Below, one piece after another: positions 57,014 through 64,000 of a DNA stretch of 64,000 bases. The number at the start of each line of letters is the position of its first letter. Positions within the stretch are counted from its first letter, which is position 1. Source of the DNA: Eubacteriales bacterium (lineage in GTDB: Bacteria > Bacillota > Clostridia > Oscillospirales > CAG-272). A model generated the notes under the pieces. The model saw only the letters and a program-made list of their open reading frames with translations, was not told where the DNA came from and made no database searches. The position numbers and the translations under genes are program-made. The stretch is taken from assembly GCA_045587385.1 (NCBI GenBank), contig JAZNCE010000124.1:58210-122209 (forward strand), in the 5' to 3' direction.

Positions 57014-57601
57014 TCACATTGCACCAATCATGCACTCCAATGCTGCCACGATCTCATCTGTAGTCATGCAGGGTTGCCCCTCATTTGCTTGCTCGGGCAG
57101 ATACGGCACGTGAACAAAACCTACCTTGGTATTCGTGTCGTGGTAATGATGCAGCAGCGTATACAGCACGTCGTTGCATACAAATCTGCCTGCGCTATAG
57201 GACAATTGGCACGGCAGACCTGCGCTGCGTACCGCTCGCACGATGTCCTTTACGGGCAACGTGGTAGTGTACGAAGCTGGTGCGCTTTGCACAATAGGCG
57301 TGGCAAGAGGTTGCTTGCATGCATTATCCGCAATTCTCGCGTGTCGCAGATTGACACCGTGTACCTCGGGCATAATTGCCGCTCTTCCTCCCGCCTGTCC
57401 TATACAAACAATAGCATCGGGCTGCACTTCTTTCGCAACTTGCAGTACTGTCTGCGCGGCAAGACCGAACACGGTAGGAATTTCGATTTTAGTCAAATGC
57501 CAATCCCCTATTTGGTCAGGCAAACGCTGGACCGATTCCCAGGATGGATTTATAGCAGCTCCACCAAACGGGTCAAAGCCGGTAATCAGTAGTTTTTTCA
57601 C
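57014..57601 (-). CDS. pcp: pyroglutamyl-peptidase I
   Basis: KKLLITGFDPFGG start. Catalytic Cys context AGRFVCN and His in VHVP. Confidence 0.93.
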   Translation of the reverse strand: MKKLLITGFDPFGGAAINPSWESVQRLPDQIGDWHLTKIEIPTVFGLAAQTVLQVAKEVQPDAIVCIGQAGGRAAIMPEVHGVNLRHARIADNACKQPLATPIVQSAPASYTTTLPVKDIVRAVRSAGLPCQLSYSAGRFVCNDVLYTLLHHYHDTNTKVGFVHVPYLPEQANEGQPCMTTDEIVAALECMIGAM

Positions 57602-57734
57602 GCTATCCCCTCTTTCTTGCAGTTATTCTATCACAAATCGCACGTTTTTGCAAGTACCGCGTCGGTTTTTGTTGACAAATTCTTCCCGATGCTGTATGAT
57701 ATAAGTAACGATTGATGAAGGTGAGGTAATACAG

Positions 57735-58964
57735 ATGAACAAGCATAGAATCACGTGTGTCCTTGCGGCGATCCTGCTTTCGGGCACGATTTTGGCATCT
57801 TGTGACAACGCTCCCTCCGAAGAGGTGCAGTCCACAGAGCCTATCACAGATACCCAAGAAATTACCGCAGAAGCACCGACCGAAACACAAGAAGAGACGA
57901 CCGAGGAGGAAGAAATGACTACCGAAGCAACAAATGTCATTCCCGAAGACGGAGATTACTACAAAAATCAAGTCAAGCTCAATAACAAGTCCATCATGTT
58001 CTGCGCCAACGAGTTCAAGGGTGAATTCAACTCGGTACATTTTGAGAATCACGGTCTGATGCTGGACGCAGGCGCAACCGAGGGTTATTTCATTTCCGAA
58101 GAGATTGACATGGGCGGCAGCTTCAAGAATATGCTTGCATCCTGGAACAGCTCCTCTGCGGGCGGCACGGTTGAAGTATCCGTATCCGTCAAGCTTGACG
58201 ACGGCAGCTTTACGACCTGGTATTCCTGGGGCGAATGGAGTGCGATTCCCGAAACGTCGGGCAGCAAATCCAATGAGGATGAATACGGCTCTGTGGGCAT
58301 TGATATTCTCACGCTCAAAAAGCAATGCCAAGGCATTGTTAAATACAGAATCGATATCAAGCAAACAGGAGAAAACTCCCCCATCGTTTACAACGTCACG
58401 CTTGCTTGTGACAAGCAAAACGGTAATCTGACTGCTCCTGCGGACACCTACAAAAAGCTGGACGTGCCGTACAGACGCCAGATGGACGTGCCCGAGATCG
58501 GCGGCAGCATTTGCTCTGCAACTTCCCTTTCCATGGTGATGCTCTACCACGGTGAGCAGATCGACGATATTGCCGATATTGCCTGGGGCGTGCGCGACTG
58601 GGGCGAGGAGATCTTTGGTAACTGGGCGTTCAACGTGGCATACGCAGGCGAGCTTGGTTATCAGACCTATATCGATTACTACGAGATCGACGCAATCAAG
58701 CATGCAATCTCTACGGGTCACCCCATCGTGTCCTCGATCCGCGTTAAGGCAGGTCAGCTTGCAGCCAGCGGACACCCGGGCTATACCACAAACGGACACT
58801 TGCTGTGCGTTGTGGGATATGAGGAAAAAGACGGTCAGAAATGGCTGCTGATCAACGACCCTGCTCATCCCGAGGTCAAGGCAATCTTAGAATCCGATTT
58901 CGAGAACATCTACAGAGGCGTTTCCTATATCGTGCAGTTGAGAGCCGATACCTACGCTGAATAA
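57735..58964 (+). CDS. lipoprotein with C-terminal peptidase C39-like domain
   Basis: Lipobox LASC, acidic T/E-rich linker, and a C-terminal domain with GGSICSATSLSMVMLYHG (Cys nucleophile context) and GHLLCVVGY. Confidence 0.65.
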   Translation: MNKHRITCVLAAILLSGTILASCDNAPSEEVQSTEPITDTQEITAEAPTETQEETTEEEEMTTEATNVIPEDGDYYKNQVKLNNKSIMFCANEFKGEFNSVHFENHGLMLDAGATEGYFISEEIDMGGSFKNMLASWNSSSAGGTVEVSVSVKLDDGSFTTWYSWGEWSAIPETSGSKSNEDEYGSVGIDILTLKKQCQGIVKYRIDIKQTGENSPIVYNVTLACDKQNGNLTAPADTYKKLDVPYRRQMDVPEIGGSICSATSLSMVMLYHGEQIDDIADIAWGVRDWGEEIFGNWAFNVAYAGELGYQTYIDYYEIDAIKHAISTGHPIVSSIRVKAGQLAASGHPGYTTNGHLLCVVGYEEKDGQKWLLINDPAHPEVKAILESDFENIYRGVSYIVQLRADTYAE

Positions 58965-58969
58965 TCAAT

Positions 58970-59003
58970 AGCTCCGCATCCCAAAATGATGCGGAGCTTT
59001 TTT
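58970..59003. terminator. bidirectional terminator
   Basis: AGCTCCGCATC-(7 nt)-GATGCGGAGCT followed by TTTTTT. Confidence 0.8.
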
Positions 59004-59409
59004 ATTGTTGATTCATACGCTCGGTTCCCCACCAATCGGGGACAAGGTCACCAAGCGTGACGGTGGAGAGCGTTTCAAGTTCGGTCAGAATCTCGATTTT
59101 GGGGCTGTGCTGATCCAGTTGCATCATCATTTCCCTACACGCGCCGCAGGGAGAGCCGACGCGCCCGTCACCCATTACACATACAAGCTTGACAATACGG
59201 CTCTCACCGTTTGTAATCATGTTGGCGATCGCATTGCGCTCGGCACACATACCAAGCCCCGAACAAGTGTCGATGCACACGCCCACGTACACGTTGCCCT
59301 GATCGGTCAAAATCGCCGCTGCCACGCCGCCCGCGTCCATAAAGGGCGTCAACACGCGCGGATTCAGGTATTGTTTTGCTATGTCATACAGCTCTTGCCA
59401 AGTATACAT
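59002..59409 (-). CDS. cdd: cytidine deaminase
   Basis: CAERNAI and PCGACRE zinc motifs. Start MYTWQE follows GGAGAA. Confidence 0.9.
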   Translation of the reverse strand: MYTWQELYDIAKQYLNPRVLTPFMDAGGVAAAILTDQGNVYVGVCIDTCSGLGMCAERNAIANMITNGESRIVKLVCVMGDGRVGSPCGACREMMMQLDQHSPKIEILTELETLSTVTLGDLVPDWWGTERMNQQ

Positions 59410-59537
59410 ATCAGTTTCTCCTATTCTCATATTACTTGTATTCTACCACAGAAATCGCAATTTTTCAAGTCTTTTTTGCATGGGGTTGCAATCTCGCAAA
59501 TTACATGCTATAATGAAAGAAAAAAGGAGGCTACGAC

Positions 59538-60458
59538 ATGACAGACCTTGAAAAGATCGCGTATGCTAAATCGTTTATAGATAAGCTGTCGGCGGGCATT
59601 GACCCAACGGATGGCACACTCATCCCCGAGGATGACGTGGCTGCCAAGGCACGTATTGTCGGGTGCTTTAGCTATGTGTCCGAGGTGCTTGGTAAACTGA
59701 TAAATGCTCCCAATGTCGTTGCAGACCTGTACCGTGTCCCCGAGCGCAAGCTGACGTCGCAGGTGTTGTCCTCGATCGAATGCACGCAATTTCCCGTCAG
59801 CATCAGCGCATTTGCGCAAAGAATTGACGCGGCGCTGCGCTCGTCCAAAAAGTTTACAGCGCATGATCTCACGCCTTGGCTGATGCATAACGGATATATT
59901 GAAAAGCTGATTGATTACAGAGATAAGTCCTTTAAGCGTCCTACACAAAAGGGTGTAGAGATCGGCATTATCGTGCAACAGTCCACGTCAAAGACAGGAA
60001 GGGTCACAAACTCGCTCAGGCTGAATATGTTTGCGCAGCAATTCATACGCGACCACCTGCACGAGATCCTGGCATTTTCGCCAAGTCCGCCCCACCCTGC
60101 AGATCGTATTCCTCTGGTCACCTTTACACTCTCTCAAGCACAGCTTGCAAAATTTGAAATTTCGGAGATGCCGCTCTCCATTTCGCAAATTGCCAGTGCG
60201 ATCAGCACTCTTAATCCGCAATCCAAGACGGGGCTCAAGGCAGGTGACCTTGCCGATTGGCTGATGCATCTCGGACTTTTACGCACCGTTGAGCACGGGG
60301 GCAAGAACTATAAGCTGCCCACCGATGCCGGCAAGCAGCTTGGCATTTTGGTCGAAGCTCGCCACGGGCTCAACAGCGATTACTATATCGCATTGTACAA
60401 TACGGATGCACAGAGGTTTATAATAGACAACATTCACGGCCTGATCAAGGTCTATTGA
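59538..60458 (+). CDS. hypothetical protein with internally duplicated ~95-aa domain
   Basis: 306 aa with an AAGGAGG RBS. The two repeats share P.SIS..A..I......K....DL..WLMH.G.......K..K.PT..G...GI.V ... AQ.FI.D..H..I. Confidence 0.65.
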   Translation: MTDLEKIAYAKSFIDKLSAGIDPTDGTLIPEDDVAAKARIVGCFSYVSEVLGKLINAPNVVADLYRVPERKLTSQVLSSIECTQFPVSISAFAQRIDAALRSSKKFTAHDLTPWLMHNGYIEKLIDYRDKSFKRPTQKGVEIGIIVQQSTSKTGRVTNSLRLNMFAQQFIRDHLHEILAFSPSPPHPADRIPLVTFTLSQAQLAKFEISEMPLSISQIASAISTLNPQSKTGLKAGDLADWLMHLGLLRTVEHGGKNYKLPTDAGKQLGILVEARHGLNSDYYIALYNTDAQRFIIDNIHGLIKVY

Positions 60459-60701
60459 TCATGAAGCAAACCGCTTGCGATACAAAACAAAAGCTATACT
60501 GTGTTCACGTCAAATCTCACACAATCCATCCCCCATGCAATTCGCATCTCTGCGCATGCCAAGGAGTTTGATGGCGCCTTGGCATATAGCGCATCCCAAC
60601 AACCGGGTATTTGCATCACCACCTCGCAAAATAACCAAAAACAACATCTTTTTTGTGCAGAAAATTGAGCGAAAAAAAGTGAAAATATTTCAAAAAAGGT
60701 A

Positions 60702-60730
60702 TTGACTTTTATAATTTTATGTGGTAGAAT
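60702..60730 (+). promoter_or_regulatory. sigma-A promoter of tRNA-Pro
   Basis: TTGACT-17 nt-TAGAAT. Confidence 0.65.
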
Positions 60731-60768
60731 ATACAGGTCGTCAGGGAGCAATAATTCCCAAGACGCAT

Positions 60769-60844
60769 CTGGGTGTGGCGCAGCTGGTAGCGCGCTACCT
60801 TGGGGTGGTAGAGGCCGCAAGTTCAAGTCTTGTCACTCAGACCA
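60769..60844 (+). tRNA. tRNA-Pro (anticodon GGG), CCA encoded
   Basis: Acceptor CTGGGTG/CACTCAG, D-arm GCGC/GCGC, anticodon stem CTACC/GGTAG with loop TTGGGGT, T-arm GCAAG-TTCAAGT-CTTGT, and 3' ACCA. Confidence 0.88.
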
Positions 60845-60845
60845 G

Positions 60846-60876
60846 TTCGGAGGTTCATAACGAACCTCCGAATTTT
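60846..60876 (+). terminator. rho-independent terminator after tRNA-Pro
   Basis: TTCGGAGGTTC-(5 nt)-GAACCTCCGAA followed by TTTT. Confidence 0.8.
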
Positions 60877-61041
60877 CTTTATTTTACGGGCTTTTTCGGG
60901 CTTTTTGGTGATTGCACCGCCTCGAAATCGTCCGCTATTTTTTTGCCAAAAATCGGCTACGACCACATGTTTGACCACATTTGTCACGAAAAAGCTATAT
61001 TCCATAAGGGATTTCGGCACTTTTCGATTTTTATTTTATGC

Positions 61042-61082
61042 AAAATGACGGCGGTTCTCTGCTTTTGAGAACCGCCGTTTTA
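61042..61082 (-). terminator. terminator downstream of the DUF4062 gene (works in both orientations)
   Basis: ACGGCGGTTCTC-(7 nt)-GAGAACCGCCGT 12-bp stem flanked by A/T runs. Confidence 0.7.
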
Positions 61083-61137
61083 AACTTTTCAGTTGGTTTT
61101 TTCTTTGATTATCGCGGAGCAAAAATTCGTGTAGAAA

Positions 61138-62262
61138 TCACTCTTCAAACTCTTTTAACTCGTCAAGCGGAGGTTTAGAAGTGTCAATTTCCATACATTC
61201 TTTTAACCAGTCTGCTTTACTGTATCCTGTACCTGTCAATTCAAATATTTCACCTTTATATCCAACAGGTTTAACCCATCCCCATTCTACAAGTCGGTCT
61301 AAAGCCTCAACCCATCTTGCAGATTCTCTCCTTGAGTTATCAGCCATAAACTGTTTACCAGACGTACAGATCTGAGTAGGCGAACCGAGTGTCTGAATCT
61401 TTAAAATTTGACCATCGCCGTCGGCGGCATACACCAACAGAAAAGCGGAATCCACAGGAATATTGCCTACCTCATCTTGCCCAACAACCGATTTATCGCC
61501 CTCCGAATTTCCAATGATTAATGTTTCTTTTTCAACCCGAAACAATTTTTCGATATCCTCGCTCGTTGCCGTGGGAATATTCTCCCATGTTAACTGGTTG
61601 TTTTCCATATCGGTAAGTCTAATGCCGAATTGAGAAAGCATTTCTTTCATCTCTTCTAACAATTTCTGTTGATTTTCTCCGATTTCGGCATTGGCTCTAT
61701 TCCTCACTTCTGCCTCTTCGTTGATTACGTCTACAAGGTCTCGATATCGAACCCATCCTGCGTTTTCGTCAGCATAATTAATTGCGTTTCGAAACGCAGG
61801 TGAAGCCACATACTTCAAACTGTTTAAATCTGTGAAGAAATCAACAGTATTCCCCTCATCCTTTACTTTCTGTCTGAACTCCTCCAGCATTCTCATTTTT
61901 GTATATTTATCATATTTTTCATCTCCTACATCCTGTTCATTTGCAGTGATAGCCGAAGATTCCTTTATCAGTACAAGTATTGGTACTCCCTTAGCTTTGG
62001 CATAATTGTACTCTTTCTCCGTGTAGCTTATACCAGCATCATCATCGATTGAACCATAACGTCCTCCAATAACGAGAAGGTAAAAATCGCACTCATCAAT
62101 CATCTTCGTTATCACATCCCATTGGGTGGCAGGAGCTGCGTGAAATTGCTCCATGCCCACGGGGATGAAATTGTTTTCAAGTGCTACCCCCATCAATGCC
62201 TGTCTTTGTTCCTTTAAGTCCTCATAGGTAGAACTAATAAAAACCGAAAACTTTCTTTTCAT
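61138..62262 (-). CDS. DUF4062-domain protein with uncharacterised C-terminal region
   Basis: 374 aa from MKRKFSVF, after AAGGAG. FISSTYEDLKEQRQ, GMEQF, DECDFYLLVIGGRYGS and SYTEKEYNYAKAKGVPILVLIK fit the DUF4062 pattern. GC is much lower than in the flanks. Confidence 0.7.
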   Translation of the reverse strand: MKRKFSVFISSTYEDLKEQRQALMGVALENNFIPVGMEQFHAAPATQWDVITKMIDECDFYLLVIGGRYGSIDDDAGISYTEKEYNYAKAKGVPILVLIKESSAITANEQDVGDEKYDKYTKMRMLEEFRQKVKDEGNTVDFFTDLNSLKYVASPAFRNAINYADENAGWVRYRDLVDVINEEAEVRNRANAEIGENQQKLLEEMKEMLSQFGIRLTDMENNQLTWENIPTATSEDIEKLFRVEKETLIIGNSEGDKSVVGQDEVGNIPVDSAFLLVYAADGDGQILKIQTLGSPTQICTSGKQFMADNSRRESARWVEALDRLVEWGWVKPVGYKGEIFELTGTGYSKADWLKECMEIDTSKPPLDELKEFEE

Positions 62263-62343
62263 AATCAATATTCTCCTTACATGTTTTCCTTTTGTTGTGT
62301 TACCGTCTGGTGAATGAACTATCAAATCTATAAAAGACAATAA

Positions 62344-63381
62344 TTAGTTGCATTCCACCGCGACCTTGATCACTCCGTCGCGTTTATTTTCAAACAGCTC
62401 ATACGCCTCATTGATCTTCGAGAGCGGATAGGTATGCGTGATCAGCGGCTCGGTATCGAGCTTGCCCTCGGCAATCAGCTTCAGCGTTTCCTCGCAGTCG
62501 CAACCGTCAACGCCGCCGATCTTGAAGGTCAGGTTCTTGCCGTACATATCGGGCAATGGCAGAGTCTGCGCCTTGTCGTAAAGCGCCACCACCGTGACGA
62601 CGGCATTCGGGCGCGCGCACTGCCATGCAAGTTCGAAGGTGTTCTCTGCTCCGGCAACCTCCAGCACCACGTCTGCACCGCCGTGATCGCTGTTCTCACG
62701 AGCGAAATCAAGGCATTTTTCGGGCGTAACCGTCAGTACATCGGGATAGTGCTCATTCACAAACTTGATACGGTTCTCGTCCTTCTCGCACACGATAATG
62801 CGCTTGGGTTTCTTCAGCATCACGCATAGGAGCGTACAAATTCCCGTGGGGCCTGCTCCGATGATGAGAACGGTATCGTCCTCTGTGATCTCGGAGATCT
62901 TCGCCGCCCAATAGCCCGTGGCAAGAACATCGCCCACGAGCAGAGCTTGTCTATCAGTCACGCTATCGGGAATCTTATTCAGCCCCTGATCCGCAAATGG
63001 CACGCGAACGTACTCTGCCTGACCACCGTCAATGCGGCAACCAAGCGCCCAACCGCCATTCTTGTCGGTGCAGTTGTTGACAAAGCCCTTCTTGCAGAAG
63101 AAGCACTCGCCGCAGAAGGTCTCCACGTTGACTGCGACTCGATCTCCGGGCTTTACGTGCGTGACCGCCGATCCGACCTCTTCCACAATGCCGACCATTT
63201 CGTGTCCGACCGTAATTCCCTCCACCGCTCTCGGCACGCTTCCGTGTTTAATGTGCAAATCGCTCGAACAGATGCTCGCAAGCGTAACCTTGACAATCGC
63301 ATCCCTCTCGTGCTGTATCGTCGGCTTAGGCTTCTCCACCAAGCCGAATTTTCCTTTTGATATGTATGTATAGGTAAGCAT
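62344..63381 (-). CDS. zinc-dependent alcohol dehydrogenase (MDR family)
   Basis: 345 aa. GHEMVGIVEEVG catalytic zinc site, structural zinc CGECFFCKKGFVNNC, and GAGPTG NAD fold. Confidence 0.9.
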   Translation of the reverse strand: MLTYTYISKGKFGLVEKPKPTIQHERDAIVKVTLASICSSDLHIKHGSVPRAVEGITVGHEMVGIVEEVGSAVTHVKPGDRVAVNVETFCGECFFCKKGFVNNCTDKNGGWALGCRIDGGQAEYVRVPFADQGLNKIPDSVTDRQALLVGDVLATGYWAAKISEITEDDTVLIIGAGPTGICTLLCVMLKKPKRIIVCEKDENRIKFVNEHYPDVLTVTPEKCLDFARENSDHGGADVVLEVAGAENTFELAWQCARPNAVVTVVALYDKAQTLPLPDMYGKNLTFKIGGVDGCDCEETLKLIAEGKLDTEPLITHTYPLSKINEAYELFENKRDGVIKVAVECN

Positions 63382-63420
63382 AATTACCTCCTGATTTTCG
63401 CCTCAACAACTATCACATGG

Positions 63421-64000
63421 TTATGACCAGCTGTAATCTTTTAATTTCTGATATATCCGGCTTTTATTTGTATTAATTGTATCAACCAATACGCACCGTT
63501 CACCATCCAGCTTTAGAACTACTAGATGATCATCATATATGAAAGACAAAAATGTATCCTTAGCAGGTACTTGCTTACTCCTATACTTCATTGCTTCTGC
63601 AAAATCGTTAAACATAGCTTTTTTTATTTCTGCAACTGCATAATTGAAGTTATAGTCGTTTTTAAAGTACAAATCAAGCGGATATAACATCAATATGTTT
63701 TTATCTGTTTCCAATGTTTGCAAAAAAGAAACAACATCATATTCAACACTGCCATAAGAATGCTTCTCTTTTCTCAAATTTTCCAACTGATTCAGATTAT
63801 AACTTCTTAGTGCTGCGTGTAATCGAGTCACCTGCATAGAAGCGTTTTCCTTCCTTGGTGGAGATGATCCATACATGCCTTGCGTATACACAGTAACTTG
63901 ATGAGATAATTCTCTCCTTGCTTGCATTCCAGTTTGTCCCAGTATCAATTTAAAATCTAGTCCATACTCTCCTGCGTAACAATCGCATTCTCCGGCATCT
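63421..64000 (-). CDS. hypothetical protein, 5' end beyond window
   Basis: I translated the minus-strand frame upstream of the track's TTG start (63948). It stays open to position 64000 (...DAGECDCYAGEYGLDFKLILGQ...). Very AT-rich, and no family recognised. Confidence 0.5.
   Translation of the reverse strand, partial: DAGECDCYAGEYGLDFKLILGQTGMQARRELSHQVTVYTQGMYGSSPPRKENASMQVTRLHAALRSYNLNQLENLRKEKHSYGSVEYDVVSFLQTLETDKNILMLYPLDLYFKNDYNFNYAVAEIKKAMFNDFAEAMKYRSKQVPAKDTFLSFIYDDHLVVLKLDGERCVLVDTINTNKSRIYQKLKDYSWS

Noticed and set aside
57603-58868. 421-aa minus-strand ORF.
   Set aside because: Antisense to the C39-like lipoprotein gene, and it would overlap the pcp start region. No motifs.
1-64000. 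Search for CRISPR arrays, IS elements, transposases, integrases, prophage modules, rRNA genes and obvious riboswitches or T-boxes.
   Set aside because: No regularly spaced direct repeats were seen. No DDE, serine or tyrosine recombinase-like ORFs appear in the six-frame track. No 16S/23S/5S-like sequence was found. The leaders upstream of thrC, argG and the ABC importer are too short or lack the conserved cores I can recognise by eye. A formal Rfam/Infernal scan was not possible.

Overview
The window reads as a chromosomal segment of a spore-forming Firmicute. It looks like Clostridia, possibly Oscillospirales, but that is inferred only from gene content, synteny and Shine-Dalgarno usage. The backbone is housekeeping. 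It includes cdsA-dxr-rseP-ispG-polC, argG-argH, pdaA plus a second deacetylase, and spoIIID. It also includes a lepB-rbgA-rnhB-yraN block, thrC, tig-clpP-clpX, pgi, a DD-carboxypeptidase, pcp and cdd. Two tRNA genes, Val-CAC and Pro-GGG, each have a near-consensus sigma-A promoter and a terminator. Glycan-use genes are interspersed. These are one GH2, two GH78 alpha-L-rhamnosidases flanking a BspA-type LRR protein, and a four-gene sugar-salvage operon (nucleotidyltransferase, NahK-like anomeric kinase, GalE, GalM). There is also a Crp-regulated NMT1-type ABC importer. I found no CRISPR array, transposase, integrase or prophage structural genes. The most unusual items are listed here in order of interest. 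(1) A low-GC patch directly after tRNA-Pro encodes a DUF4062-type protein (TIR/deoxyribosyltransferase-like N-domain) with an unrecognisable C-terminal half, plus an AT-rich ORF that runs off the window. (2) A two-gene cassette beside tRNA-Val encodes a minimal P-loop protein and a SecB-like chaperone, separated by an internal terminator. (3) A single reading frame fuses an ApgM-type phosphoglycerate-mutase-like enzyme to signal peptidase I. (4) A cysteine-rich protein (about 9% Cys) contains a CCCCCCCSC run encoded by a TGC/GCA triplet repeat. (5) A VTC/DUF4956 pair is present. (6) A pilin-like gene is co-transcribed with GNAT and GrpB genes. All functional calls rest on motif recognition by eye, and no database search was run.
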